From positions 2,790,001 to 2,854,000 of the forward strand of contig CAKKNE010000001.1 of assembly GCA_918797485.1 (NCBI GenBank): DNA of 64,000 nt, written 5' to 3'. Below are positions 1-13,476 of the stretch, piece by piece. Within the stretch, counting starts at the first letter, position 1. Each line of letters opens with the position of its first letter. Under the pieces are notes generated by a model that was given only the letters and a program-made list of their open reading frames with translations, had not been told where the DNA came from and did not search any database. The stretch comes from Pelagomonas calceolata. Taxonomy: Eukaryota. Both the position numbers and the translations under genes were made by a program.

Positions 1-135
1 TGATGGGCGAAGTTCACGCGGGCTCCAAGCACATCCCACGGAGTCGTATCATAATATGGTGGCCCTACTGCGGTAATTCGGTATGGAATTAATACCAGGA
101 TTATATGATTATGATTAACGTGACCTGCCAGAGTC

Positions 136-197
136 GGTCCAGAGAATGCTCAGTGACATACTGCGTGGTCCAGAGAATGCTCAGTGACATACTGCGT
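136..197. repeat. 31-bp tandem duplication (x2)
   Basis: ggtccagagaatgctcagtgacatactgcgt at 136-166 and 167-197. Confidence 0.9.
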
Positions 198-328
198 GTT
201 CACCTCGCTCTCGGTGGGCTCGTGGCCCACCACGAACGGCTCGCCGGCGGGTCCGACTCGGAGTCCCCCTAATTTCAAGTGAGCCTGAGCCTCTGAGATC
301 ATTCGAGTTCCCTGCCACTTGGTGGCGG

Positions 329-1590
329 CGATTTTCTGGCTACGGGGTCCCAAAGGGTCCCTTTCTATGGCGCCGGGACCGGGGGGAAGGGGCCACCTTG
401 AAAAATAACTATAGTCAATTCGGGTTTTGGGGTTACGGCCTCGGCCTAGCTAGCTTTGGTTCCTGCGGTTGCGTAGGTCAGTAGGATAGGATAGCCAGGA
501 TCTGGCCTGGGGAGGGTTTTCGGGGGAGTCCCCCGCGAGCGTGTACGTGAGCTTGCTGCCGGTCGTAGAAGCGTGCGTCGTCGTCGCCGTGCCCGGGCCG
601 CCGACGAGCCGGAGGCCGTCGATCTTGATCCGGGCGTACTCGCGCGCCGTCTAAGGGGCTTTGCCATCAGATTCTGGTGCTAACGTGCGGGTATTTCAGG
701 CGCCTCTAGAGATCTCTAGAGGGCCAGCTCAATAAGCGTCTCTCTCTCCCTCTCTCTCTCCCTCCCTCTCTCCCTCTCCCTCTCCCTCTCTCTCTCTCTC
801 CCTCTCTCTCTCTCGCCTCTGGGCGGAACTTCTGAAAAAGAAAACTCACTTTTATGTACGGGGCTGTGGTGCCTCCCCTTTAATAGCCCGAACCCCGCAA
901 CTTACTACGAATGGGCCTCAGGGGGTGCCTCACATTCTGGCAGAGTGTGGGGCCCTGAAAATGCGAGGGGCCGGAAGGGCCCCCGCGCGAACCGTTGCGG
1001 CGAACGTCTCGCCAGTGGCGTTTCGCGCCGCGCTAGGCGACTGTTTGGGCAGTTCTCACTAAGAGCTGCCGTGTTTGCGCATCCTACCGACGCCGCGGGT
1101 GCCATGGTGGGCTTCGACGGGGAAATCACCAGCATAGAAGCAAGCGAGTTTTCACCACCTGAAAACCCGCGAGTTAAGCTAAATACCCGCACCCCATCTC
1201 GGGGGGGCTCGTGGCAAGCTAGTATCGCCGTGTGCTTAGGATGCCCCTGGGACCAAACGAGCAAGTTGCTGGTTCGGGCTATCAATTGAAAATCTCACCA
1301 ATTTGGCGTCAGGCCCCTTTTCTATGCTGGTAATTTGGTCTCCCAGGGGCCCTCGGGTACCTATGGCGTGGGGCGGATGCGCAAGCGCGGCCGGGTACCC
1401 GATAGGCTGCCAGATAGGTAGCCTGGCGCGGCACGAAACGCCGCTGCGCTGGCGCCACGTCCGTAAGCCACCAAAATTTCGAGACCAAATCGTTCCGCTT
1501 GCCCGTTTCAGTCACGTCCTGGAGAGGTAAGCAGGCCCCTTAGGCTCGAATTACCCGCGGCCAAGACGTCTAGTTATAGGATACGGCAGT
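329..1590 (+). repeat. Modular dispersed intergenic repeat, copy 1 (modules A, B, C)
   Basis: 329-398 resembles 54302-54390, 63110-63198 and 7039-7100; ctaacgtgcgggtatttcagg at ~680 recurs at ~55279; 1322-1588 aligns to 55332-55615. Confidence 0.75.
739..813. repeat. (CT)n/CCCT microsatellite
   Basis: Pure pyrimidine ctctctccctct tract. Confidence 0.95.
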
Positions 1591-1977
1591 CACCACGGGT
1601 GCCGCAGGATTATGCCAATGTTCTTGTAGCAACTAGGACGGTTGCGGCTGCGACTGAAAAGGGGCAGGACTAAGAGTTCCTGCAAAAAGGGCAAGATTAT
1701 AGACAAGATTATAGATCCTTCACTTCGCCAGGCTGATTCACCTACTGATCATCTGGGCCTTCTAGCGGAGTATGCGATCAGCTCCTGGTTAAGTCTTTTG
1801 GGGGTATAATCATGCAAACTTATCTGTGGCATGCCAGTTGGACCATCATTCTAATACTATCATGTCCAAATCAATTACTCGTAGGCGATCATGTACAGGT
1901 CTTTCTACATCGGGCAGCTAGTTCAATCAATCAGATTTAACGTACTCTACGAGTGTGTTTGCGTCACCATGTCGGCT

Positions 1978-4275
1978 TCACTTGTGTGTGGCTGTGTCTT
2001 TAAGCCCAGTGCCTGAATTGGTAATATGAAGGTGAGGATCACGCAGAGTGTCTGAAGTGCGTGCAAACACAAAAGTTCGTGGCTGTAGAGCAACCTGCTG
2101 GCAATTTTGCCGCTTTCGCGAGTCGTCCATCCTGCGGCGCCATTTTTTGGCATGTGCTACTGTGCTTGCAACTCTTTGAGCATAGTCCTGAGTGGCTTTC
2201 AGATCCGTATGATCACCTGTCACCAATGAGCACGGCGCAGAGACTTGCTGCCGGGAAGAAAACCCCCTTGTCAGTCTATCAGCAGCAAGAAGTTGCTTCT
2301 CTCCTGGCATTGGGAGTGGCTTTCGTGGAATAGGGGATTTCTCTACGCCATTGCAACGAGGAGGTTCTCCCCAAGGGACTTTCTGCTCTATTGCGTCTTT
2401 CAAATCTCGATGCAATGGAGGTAGGGCCGCTGGGGAATCCAGTGTTGATCTACGAGTCTGGCGAAGTGGGCACGACATGCGCCTCATCCTCTTTTCATCC
2501 TGCTCGAAAACGAATTTCTTCAAAGCTCGGTAGTTGGGGGTGTGATCGCTGTGCATCCTTGCTGCCAGCGGCACAGGATAAATTCGTTCAAAGTCAACAA
2601 GCAGTCTGTCTTCGAGTTCGACACCACTATCGGTCTCGGAGCAACTGGCAACAGGCAATTTATCTTCATTTAATAGCTCAAACGGCTGTTTATTAGTCCC
2701 CGTGAGATTCGGGCTAGTGTGCTCCTCGCTTCCTACATAATGCTGCCGAAACTCCTGGAGATTGGTTGGCAGTTGTCTCGTTTTTTTCTCTAGATATTTT
2801 TGTTCGATGAGATGAAGTAGCTTGACCTCCCTTCCTGTATATTTGCGAAGGAGGGCATTTATTTTGCCCAGTTTCTCTGGGGCGTGGCGTTCTAGTATAA
2901 CCTCTATACGACACGCAACTTTAGATGCTTGAGTTTCTTGTGCCAAGATCAAATTGTTTGTAGCAAACTGGTTGCTGTACAACCGTGCCTCAGCTTTGGA
3001 GCGCTCTTCTCTCTCATAAGTATAGCGGTCACTGGCTTTTGCTCGGACAATCGACATGGTTTGCTCAATGACTCGTGCTTTGATGTCTGAATCAAGCGGT
3101 GAGTCAGTAGCAAACGATGGAAGGTGATTAACTTCAACGAGCCATGGTTTAAGGGCTTGATCAATGATAACATCAACACCCAAAACCTCAAAACACTGTG
3201 ATCCTTCAATAGTTTGTGGATGGTGATCTAGCTGATTCTCACAGCTAGTTGAATTGTAAGTTTGCTTTGGCTCACTTCTGATACCTTTATTAAAAGTTGA
3301 TTCATATTCTCGTACCAGGGTCGGTAAGATTGATAATATCACTTTGACGACCATTGCCCCCATGCGACTCCACAGGGCATCCGATCTTCTCTGCCCCTTC
3401 TCATTGGCAAGGAAATCCATAAACCATCGCAATGAACGCTTTGATCCAATATCGCAAGCCCCTAAGGTTTCGTTACCTTGGAAGTTCTCGCTATGTCTAT
3501 TGATTGCATAATTAGTAAGGTGCATGCAGCGCATAGCAACATTACCAGGATTTGGTTTTAAATATTTCTGTGTGCATAGCCTGACGAGTCCATCCCTGAA
3601 AAGATAGACGCGAAGCGGTTTGCAGCTAGTTACAAGCACGTATAAACGCAAGTCAAATTTAAATCCGTCAATTAAGAATGGCTTTCGTATGTAGTGTTGA
3701 GCCACAACCTGCTCTAATGGCGATATACTTTCAAAGTTCTGTGTTAAGAATATACCACGACCCTGGCATCCAGAGTCTGGCTTGATGATATAAAATTGCG
3801 ATGATCGTCCATTCGAATCAAATTGTGCTCGGAAATCGGCCAGTTCGAGAGGAAGAACCCAAGTTCGAGGGTAGAAATTGTACTCCTTTTGAAATCCACG
3901 CCGCATTTTTTCGAGATTTTGAGCCAGTCTGTTTTTGCGTGCAATATTGCTCATCCCCGGGAAGTGGTTTATTCGCTGCCATGGTCGCAGTTTGCTCATT
4001 CTCTCGGCGATATTTGATATGTCAATCCAGTACACGTTACAAATCTCACTTTCCGAATTTTCAGGTGTCACGCTTTTCTTCTGGTCTTTCTCACGCCCAC
4101 TTACAATGCGCCATCCAAGATGTTGCGCGGTTTCAATTATACACTCATACCTGAAAAGATATTAGAAATACCATGATGACATGACATGCATGACACTGTG
4201 CCAGCGCTTGCAATCAGTTGCACAGAACAGGATTTCATCACGCCTTCCACGTCGGCGCCTTCTTCGATGACGCAT
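1978..4275 (-). CDS. Tubulin polyglutamylase, TTLL6/TTLL13-like (2 exons; predicted GC-AG intron 4151-4207)
   Basis: TTL motifs INHFPGM, IIKPDSGCQGRGI, KFDLRLYVLVTS, MHLTNYAIN, FEVLGVDVIID..PWLVEVNHLPSF; upstream exon MRHRRRRRRGRRDEILFCATDCK splices in frame to YECIIETAQHLGW. Confidence 0.9.
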
Positions 4276-5133
4276 TTCGAGCAAGGCCGTTAGTGCGCTG
4301 ATGTAAAGCTAGTACGTTTTTTTTAATATCGCTCTTACTAGTGGCTGCATACGAAGAGACGCATCGTCACGGCTCAGGAGGACGCCAACTAGTGTTTCAG
4401 CGGAATCGACAGTGGAATCGACAGTGGCAAAGTGTTGTGGCTGCCTTGTCTAAGTCGCTTAAGCGCTTGCGGCAGCGGAATAACTTGAAGGCCGGTTTGA
4501 GCACTTATATGGGTGACTCAGGCTCGATTTTAGCGTCTCCGGGCTGCCCCCTCGGTCCTCAACAGCCCCCGAACCGCCGACCACATGCACGCCGCGACCG
4601 TCACCCACGGCAGCTACGTCGGCAGCTCCCACGGCGCGATTCCCGTCGGGGCTGTGTCTGTTCTATGCGTTTGGACTATGCGTTTGGATTTTCCGCTGTG
4701 GTGTGAGTGGAGCAATCTTGGTCTGCCCCCCCTGTAATTTCCCCTGTAGTAGTCAAGGATTGTAATCCAGTGGGCACGGTCAACCGCTTGAGCGGTGCCT
4801 CAGATATCTATGTAGTCGAGTCGTAGTCGGTGTGGTTCGAGGCCGGAAATCGACGTATCTCTCCGGGCTACATTCACCCCCAGAGTTCCTGCGCCAAATT
4901 ATCCATGGGGCTCGATATATCCATGGGGACCGAACCAGTGCGCACAATGGTTGAGCAGTCCCCTGTAGGCTGCAGTTCATGAACAGCGAGAACTCGCCGA
5001 TCGGTCACTCACCCGTCCTGTTACCAGGAGACTGACGAAGGGCATTACATGGATGTTGCTTTAACGTAACTCTTCTGATATCCTAAGGCCTGATACTTGC
5101 TCAGGATAGCCTAAGTAGCACCTGGGTCTAAAT

Positions 5134-6537
5134 CTACTCATTCGGACCAGTCTGGCTGCCCTGAAAGGTATAGCTGCGGCGGCGTATCTGGTGGAAAGCC
5201 TCGCTGGCTTGACTAAGTGTACTTGCAATGGAATTCCTAGCACCACTTAGACAAACTGACATTCTTTGCTTTACAGTCATTGTTGGGAATGCGTGATGAA
5301 TGTCACCAGCCGAGAGGTGGAGATTATCAGGGCCATTGGCTGTTGAATGTAGTTCAGTGCTTTTTAGCCAGGGATCAGACTGCAAGTCTTGGACAGTGAG
5401 TCGCGTGTCAATATTAGTTGCCAAAAGGCCAAAGATGACCCGCCTGCTGTGATTACTTAGGGTGTTCGGAATTACAGGAGACGCTTGGGCAATGAAATCA
5501 AACATTTCGACAGGTGATTCGGCATAAAAGGGCAACTTCCCAGTCACGAATATAAAATAGCACACGCCTGCTGCCCACATATCACAGGAATATGCATTGA
5601 ACTTTTTGTCACCCTAAATTAAAAAAATTGAGTGTGTTGCTTTTAATACTCAGAGACGCAGTTGACTGGCCTGGATCATCTCCGGGGCCCAGAAGCAGTA
5701 AGTGCCCTGGGTATCTCGAATCTGCGCCCGGCTGTGAGACCTCTCAAGGGATCGTACAGATAGGGTTCTATTCCAAATAAAATTATCAAGGATTGAGAAA
5801 GAAAAAAGGACGCGGCCGACAGTCTACTTGTCATTTGCGTGGTCCTCCTCAAAGTAATGAGCCACACCAAAATCTGCAATTTTACAGCGACCAAGTTTAC
5901 CGAGAAGGACGTTGTCCGGCTTAAGGTCGCGGTGGGCAATATGGTGAAGGTGAAGATATCCAAGCCCAGAAGCAATATCCAGCAAATACTGGCCCGCAAG
6001 TCTTTCTTCACAGAGACCGCCCGTCACTGTAGATGTGAACTTGTTCGTTTCACGATCGTATTTCATGACTGGCCCGAGCTCCACAAACTCCATTAAGAGG
6101 AATAGCTGGTTGTCTTTCTTGTCATCAATTACCTACAATTTGGAGAACTACTCATGGCGAACACTAGGATGCTCACCTCGAGGAGACGGACGAGGTTTGG
6201 GTGAACCAATTTCTTCATGATCCCAATTTCCTTATCAACCTGATTTTCCCGGGCGATGTTGGCTATGATCGAGCCTTAGGTGAGGACGCGCCTTATCCAG
6301 CTCGCTATGGATCTTAAAACCTTCTACTGTGCGCGAAATTGTTCTTTTTCGTCTTAATAATGATTTGTCAAATACTTTCGCGGCGCAGTAGGTTTCGTCA
6401 ACGTCTGACTTTGCTAAAAATACCTCGGCGAAGGAACCCTGCCCAAGTCTCGTCAGCAGTGTGTACTGTTTAATTCGGCGAACAGTTCCGCTTTCGCTGC
6501 TTCTTATTGGTCGCGCCTCTTTTTCTTTTGTCATCAT
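5134..6537 (-). CDS. CaMKK-like Ser/Thr protein kinase (multi-exon)
   Basis: YTLLTRLGQGSFAEV, HRDLKPDNVLL, KIADFG, FWAPEM, DMWAAGV across ORFs joined by short introns (e.g. 6240-6291, 5614-5670); N-lobe insert LLRRKRT..SELDKVDKEIGIMKKLVHPNLV is typical of CaMKK/GRIK. Confidence 0.85.
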
Positions 6538-7893
6538 TCACCAAGTTCGGTCGATCGAGGAATATGCCCCCACCCCATAACTAGTCCCGCCCCGTGATAC
6601 CAGTAGATGTGTAAGCTGGTACAAGCTACCACGGTACCGTGGTACCAACTTGAAGTTAAGAATAAATGTAATACTTTAGTATCATGCCGATTTTTCGAGG
6701 GCCTGCGAGAGAGTAGTCACCCCAGGGCTCGGTAATCCCGGGTAATTCTTTCGAATAAGATTTGGACGCATCCTCCACTGGCACTGGCCGGGCATCATCA
6801 TCATGATGATGAATCCTAATTAAGATGAATTACCCTGCCACAATGTCGGATACCGTGACTAGTCACGGCCACGGTACGCACGCCGTGACAAGCGCAATAG
6901 TCGACATTGTGGCAGGTTGTGGCGCAATGAGCGTACCGTGACGCCACTCAACGTAAACGTAGCGTGTTCCCTAATTCGAAGATTGGGTTCCCGAGGACTC
7001 TCCCCAGGCTGAGTCAACTTCGGTCGTATGGCCCCACTGGGGTCCTTTGCGCGCCCCGAGACCGGGCTGGTGGGGAGGGGCCACTTTCGCAGCGAGGCGC
7101 GCTCACGGGTACTTCACGAGCCTCTGGGCTGAAATTTCAAAACTCGCTCCCAGGGGCCTCAGGCACCAGTGGCGTGAGGCAGGTGCGTAAGTGCGGCCAG
7201 ATACTCGATGGGCTGTCAGAAATGCCATTGGTGCGCATTCGCGGGCACGGGCCACTTATTCATCAGAATTAGACCCAAACCGTCGCCCCTAAACTAGCTT
7301 CACGTCCAGGGGAGTGTGTAGATCCGCGACCTGAAGTTGACTCCATGGAAGTCACTTCGTTGTAGAGCCACGGTCCGAGTCCGAGTCACGATGGGCCCGG
7401 GGGAGGAAGCCAAGTACTGCGTGAGTTTGAAAAGGTGGGGGCTTTTCGCACGAAGCCTCCGAGAGGGGTCGTTTAGTACATTTGGCGCGCCGGCTGTGCG
7501 GCTGCATGGAGCCAGAGTCTGGCAGAGAAGGCTGCGGGTATTATAACCCCCCTCCAGGGCCTGGTCTGTGGCTATCATGACTAATCGAAGACTACTTAGT
7601 TCTATATACTAGTTACTCCCACCCCCCTCACCGGCAGGCTGTGCGAATACTAGTTGAAGTCCATGTGACCACCCACCCTGTCTGCAAGTCTCCAGGATGC
7701 AACACGCGACTGTGTGCTTGGGCGCAAGATGATTCAGCAATGGAAACTATGGGGCGTATTCAATGAATTCCTAGGCTTCGAACCTGATAGGCAATTAATG
7801 TGCCGCGCAAGACACCGAAAAATTCTGAATTCGGAGCAGGGAATTGCGCATGCCATAAGTTCCAAGAGTATACTACCGCTCGAATGCTAATGA

Positions 7894-10800
7894 TCACCAG
7901 TCATCGTCATCATCATCATTGCCAAAATCATTTTGCAGAATAGCATTCGCTTCATCATCAACGCTGCATTTTAAGGGGGGCGTAGCATGAACGTCATGGT
8001 CGATAGTTTTAGTATCCGTAGCTTCACAAGATAAGACTTGATTTACACTGGAATCTGTATCGTGTTTCTGGGTAGAGCCAAACTTAGCTCGAATGGGAGA
8101 CTTTTCTCCGAGTGAATTGTCGGTGTGCGTTTGTTTCATGAGGCTAACTAGGTCGAGGTCAAGGTCATCCTTCGCCGTTAGATATTCTGTGGCAGGGACG
8201 ACTTTGTTTCGGTTGCATTTGAAAACTTCCTCGACCTTTAATGCCCAATCAAGATCAGGAAACAAATTAGGGTATTCCACGGGATCGGCAAGAGCAGCTG
8301 CAGCTCTGTCCGAAACTTGCCGGAGATCTTCACGCCACAACCTCACCGCCCGTGAAATCTGAGATGGCAGGTATGTTCGCGACAGTAACGCAGCTTCTGG
8401 GATTCTATTTGTATCAAGCAGTAGTTCGAAGCATTTTTCAACGTCTCCTAAGATAAAGAATGAAATAAATGCAACATTAAACTTTCCTTGCAAGACTGCG
8501 TTCGCAGCTAGAGCAGATATACCAGCACGATTTCCGGCTGCAGTATGGAGCAAAAGCAACCCTGCGAGGTCTTTGGCATTGCTGGCACAGCGCTCAGCAA
8601 GATCCAAGTCACAATTTGCAAGTGCAAGATCACCAAGGCGTTTCCACTTCGTGGTTGATTCAGTCGTGTCTCTATCCTGTTCAGGCGCGGCATCAAGCAA
8701 CTTGGTTGCCTCGTCGAGCTTGCCAAGATCAAGAGCAAGGTCAAATTTGTGATCTGGATCTTTGGATACTTGAAGAGCTACATCTTTGTATCCCTGGGCC
8801 TCGAGAAACCGTGCAACAGAGGAGTGCTCGGATTCTGGAATTGCAGGAAGGATTGTATTTGCAGCTTCAAAGTCATGCCGAACAACAGCAGTTTGATACT
8901 GAAGTACAGCCAAAAGTGCTCGGTACGAGAAGACGTTCCTGGATCTATCCATGAGATAGACTCTGTCCTCTTTCGGTAGAAAGCCAAGCATGAAGAGCGG
9001 CCCTGTACTCTGCTGGTCAAGATGGCACAGTGTCATGGTGTTGCCACCAACAAAATAATTCAGCCGCCCCGCTATATTGGAGAAAATAAAGCAGTCTCCT
9101 ATCCACTGACCCTTAGTTACACAATCAGTGATCTCATGTTCTGGTTCAAACCTATATACACATACTACGCGCGCAAGTCATACAAGCATTTGCAAAATGC
9201 ACCACAGTTACTCTGATCGATCACGCCCCAGGTACTCCCAGTTCAGGTGACACAGAATCTTCAGCTATAGCAGCATCAACTTTGTCTTTGTCATATTTCA
9301 AAATGAATGCCTGTTCATCGCAAACAAGGAGCAAAAGCTCCTGAGTCTCATTCCAGTACACTACCTGTGAGTGAAGTATAATGCTTTAAGTAGAAACTTA
9401 GTATGCGGACACTGAGAGGTGCTTTAGGGGCGACATCGATTTTACACAAGAATGCACCTTCGTTCCAATCAAAAAATACTACACAGTCTGGGCCCTTCAG
9501 CGCCACACAAGCGCCACCGAAGAGACCCTCAGATGAAGAAATGGGCGCTTTTATTGTGCGGTGCTCTTTGAAGTTCTTGAAAATCTTAATTCGTGCCAAT
9601 GATTCGCGAATAGCAAAGTCACCAGTTCCTACCTGTGGGACTGGAAGTTGAATTTGTACAAGATCAGGTAGACTCAGATCTTAGAAACCGCAGACCATGC
9701 AAAGTCGAGTGCTTGACCAAATGCCTTATTGCGAAGAGCCTGGGAAGTGTATATAATGTATTCACCATCCCCACATACGACCAAAAAGCGACCATTGCAG
9801 TTGTGCTGCACAGTCTGCGGGAAAATTTCGCATGAACCCATATCCTTGATAAGTAGGTCTAGCTTTTCGCCTAAGCAGCGGTGATAGTGAATTCACCTCT
9901 GGGAGCGAATACATACCGTCGGCCAAGTCGCTGGTAACTCCTTTCAATGATGCAGATTGAATATCATTGTTATGTGCCCACACCACCTTTCCGGTATGCC
10001 TAAATCGGTAACTCTTATCTGACTACCTGCTTGCAGATGACACGAGATGTGCGTGTCCAGAGATGCAACAGGAGCATCGTGCCCGAGCTTGATGAGGATG
10101 GTACCCTCATCATAGCCGATTGCTAATCCGTTTGACTCTTTGGCTGCAGATATTGACCACGCACGTTCCAATCCGTAATTCAGCGTTGTCTCTGCTCGGT
10201 ATGTCATTGCATGCCATATTCGGACAGTCCCGTCTTCAGATGCAGAGACAAGAACAGGCAACTGTGGGTGGAAAAGAACCGAGCACACATTGTTTGAGTG
10301 CCCGTCTAGGGTTTGAATACCTGCAAGGAGGTCAAAAGGGGCGCCAATGAAACGCAATATAAATCACACGGGTTGCCACAAGCCTTAGTCTGATAGTCCC
10401 AGATTTTAACAGTTTTGTCGTCTGCCCCAGAGATCAAATATGGCTTATCCCCTGTGAAAGCGCGAGTCAATTGAAGTGAAAAACAGAGGACCTCACCACC
10501 CGGGTAGTAGTCCAGGCAGTTGACACCCCGGTCATGGCCTTCGAGCGAGAAATGGGGCTGTTGAGCGCCAAGGCCCCAAACCTGATAAGTGGTCCATTAG
10601 TAGATGCCTCTATCCTATGCGGCACCTTTATGGTCCTATCCAATGAAGCAGAAGCAAAGGTATTTGTGTCCTTAGGATTGAACTTGCACATCATTACATA
10701 ATGTGCGTGACCTTCGAAAGATGATGTGCAGTCCCAATTCTGTTCCCAGTTCCACAACTTAATGGACATGTCATCTGATGAAGATAGAATGTAGGGCAGG

Positions 10801-11305
10801 GTTGGATGAATCTCGACGAAGCGGATATAATCGGCGTGAGCCTCCATATCCTTGACTTTTTCCATTGTGTTGTAGTTATAGAGCCGTAGTCGCATGTCAT
10901 CTGCTATCAGGATTAGAGCTGACATTTAAAGGACACTTACCGGATGCGCAAATAAATTGGGAGCGACGCGCAATGAATTTGCAGGAGCGTACGGGCAGTT
11001 CGCATACCTCCCATGATTTGAGGAGCGAACTTGTCTCTGTATCCCACAGGAAAATGTTGCCGGAGTACCTAAAATCGTTAATCATTTTTCTCTGCAGGCA
11101 GTCTCAAACACAGAGAGGTGCAGCGCAGACAGGACCCAAGGTTCGGTTGGGTGCAAGTCCACGCACTTGACGCGGTCAGACCTGTGTCATTAGCATAACG
11201 AAGTCCCTGAGTACACCAACTTGCCGAGCCGAAAGTTTCTTTTTGATCTCCAGCCTGTTGTAGATACTAATACGGCGCAACTGATTACACGTACCGCAGA
11301 GGCAT
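7894..11305 (-). CDS. COPB2: Coatomer subunit beta' (multi-exon)
   Basis: Spliced N-terminus [33 protein letters not shown]40 segments [55 protein letters not shown]-terminal [16 protein letters not shown]. Confidence 0.95.
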
Positions 11306-11406
11306 CGTTGTTGCGGCTCAGCTCGACCCCTAATCCACTATGAGGTACCTAGTTATAGGCGCGTGGCTCCAAGGTTACCATGGTACCAGATAAAGTAACT
11401 AGGCCC

Positions 11407-11657
11407 TGTAGAGAGAGAACCTACTAGCCCTTCCTACCCTAGATAAGTATCTCCCACTCTCTAATATTTGAGTCTATACAGCGAGTGTCTTTGACGCTAC
11501 GGTGTAACAACAGTTCACTATAAAACACTCTCCGAGTCGTAGTCCGAGTCAGGCCCGGGTTCAAGTCACGGTTGGCCCAGCCCTCGGCTGGTTAGCTAGG
11601 GCCCTGCTACTTTACATAACGCTGCGACATACTCTTGCTAGGTTATGGGCCCACAGG
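11407..11657 (+). mobile_element. ~250-bp LTR/terminal-repeat-like element head, copy 1
   Basis: Aligns closely with 38485-38717 (gtagagagagaa(a)cctactagcccttcctaccctagata...ggttatgggcccaca); begins with TG. Confidence 0.65.
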
Positions 11658-11981
11658 GTTCTGCGATAAATAGGGCGAAATACCCCCCCCTTATCCTATA
11701 CCCTTCCTTTACACTTACATCACCCTTCAACACGCAACGCGTAATAAACACAGTTAAAACCAAAACTACTTAGTGTATTTAAGGTAGCTCCGCGGCAGAC
11801 TATCTCAGCCGCCGTACTCCCAAAGGTGCGTACTCCTTTGGCCTTGCATATTCGCAGGTTATGGGCCCACGGTCCTAAGAGATACTCCGCCGTATTACCT
11901 TTTGAAATCCTACACATTCGCGAGTGTCCACACTACACTCGTTGGGACCAAAGCCCAGCCGTTTGTTAGCATTTTAATAAA

Positions 11982-12329
11982 ATGAGCAGCCCCCAAGCAA
12001 GCACGCTTAGCGACGGAGGCGAACCGAGAGAAGACCCCTTAGAACAGGGGACTCCATATGACGAAAGGACGCACGTCAGAAAATTATTAGAATCATGTTC
12101 TAATAGAAAGGAGGAAACGTTCAACTTCGAAGACTACGTCACTCAAAAAGGACGCGGCCTAGAAGATTTACACCCGAAAAGACGACAAAAATGTTACGTC
12201 AATAGGGAAGACGTCCTATCAGACTTTGTAAGCAAATCAAAGTACCGTGGCAGAAAGACGGCCACACATAACCTGACCGTCTTTGAAAGCATGGTGAGAG
12301 GTCATCACGCACTATACTACCCTGTCTAA
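11982..12329 (+). CDS. Unknown ORF, probably element-encoded
   Basis: 115 aa intronless A-rich ORF downstream of the repeat head; its stop overlaps the next ATG (TAATG). Confidence 0.35.
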   Translation: MSSPQASTLSDGGEPREDPLEQGTPYDERTHVRKLLESCSNRKEETFNFEDYVTQKGRGLEDLHPKRRQKCYVNREDVLSDFVSKSKYRGRKTATHNLTVFESMVRGHHALYYPV

Positions 12330-12919
12330 TGCAGCTACATACCGCTAACGCAGAAATTCAGTTTAGCAGTGACGGAAAATTTGCAAATTCTGTCAGGTCC
12401 AGATCCCGTGCAACTAAATATAAGGATGCAGCAAACCTGCAAGAGTACTTTAATAGTGGCGCGACAGTATCTGATTACAGAAACGATGTTTCACGAGGTG
12501 TGTTTCACTTTCGTGACACCCAGTTATGGGATTTGCAAGCTAATAGTGCGGCCAATTGGTCCACACTCGGCTCCGGGGGAGAGGAGGTGACGCGCGATTA
12601 CTTCCGAAATTTTATGCTAAGTTTCACCAATAGAAGCCAGCGATGGACCAAGTCTGATCACCGCAAGATCAGACGTCAGTATGAAGCTGATAGACGAGAT
12701 GCAAAACTACTGCACCTGACTCACAAGCAGTACTTCGCAATTAAGTATGCGAGGGTCCTTACCTTCACACCGTGGCTCATAATCCCAAGTCCGTCTAGCA
12801 GAGTAACGGGGAAAAAAGCAAACTTCCCCGCTGGCATGTTCTTTTTTGGCTCTCAATTCTTATGTTACATCTCCTGTCTTTGCTGGAGGTACAAATTTTC
12901 GCATTCTTGCTCAAGCTGA
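12329..12919 (+). CDS. Unknown ORF, probably element-encoded
   Basis: 196 aa intronless ORF containing RATKYKDAANLQEYFNSGATVSDYRNDVSRG; 3' end overlaps the opposite-strand ORF. Confidence 0.35.
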   Translation: MQLHTANAEIQFSSDGKFANSVRSRSRATKYKDAANLQEYFNSGATVSDYRNDVSRGVFHFRDTQLWDLQANSAANWSTLGSGGEEVTRDYFRNFMLSFTNRSQRWTKSDHRKIRRQYEADRRDAKLLHLTHKQYFAIKYARVLTFTPWLIIPSPSSRVTGKKANFPAGMFFFGSQFLCYISCLCWRYKFSHSCSS

Positions 12920-13476
12920 TTATTCCGCTCCATGGCCTGTCTAAGCCTCAGATGAAGGCGACAATTCTCGATTTTGAGTTCGTTCTGTGCCACCTCGCAT
13001 GCAGCAAGGGCTTTCTCGAGGGCTTCGACGTCAGGGTTTGGCAACATCAATACTCCCTGCTGTGCACCGTGCTCTAAGAGTTTAAATTCAAGACCAATGG
13101 CAGGATCCAAGAACGAATTACGCAGATAAGCATGATGCATTTTATGTGAGCGCAAGGAATCATTGACGTACGTTCGTATATTCATCAATTGTTTCTCTTT
13201 ATTCAGAAGACGCTGTACAAACGATGATTCGCGTCTGATTGCTGTACGCGCAAGAGAGTGAATTCCTTCGCCGGTATTTTCGCGGCTAAATTCTGATTGG
13301 CGTGTCGGTGTCTCCGCTTCCCGCGCGGCCAGCCGCGCCTGCTCAAGGGCGTCTCGGATATGCGGGGGCACGCCCAAACCCACGCCTCGAGACCCATCAG
13401 AGAATGAGCGCTCGCACATGGTTGTGGCTATCCTAGCAAGATGGAGTACTGTACAAACGCCGGCCCGTCGTAGCAT
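12865..13476 (-). CDS. Hypothetical coiled-coil protein
   Basis: 203 aa ORF with heptad-like C-terminus (LEKALAACEVAQNELKIENCRLHLRLRQAMERNNQLEQECENL). Confidence 0.5.
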   Translation of the reverse strand: MLRRAGVCTVLHLARIATTMCERSFSDGSRGVGLGVPPHIRDALEQARLAAREAETPTRQSEFSRENTGEGIHSLARTAIRRESSFVQRLLNKEKQLMNIRTYVNDSLRSHKMHHAYLRNSFLDPAIGLEFKLLEHGAQQGVLMLPNPDVEALEKALAACEVAQNELKIENCRLHLRLRQAMERNNQLEQECENLYLQQRQEM

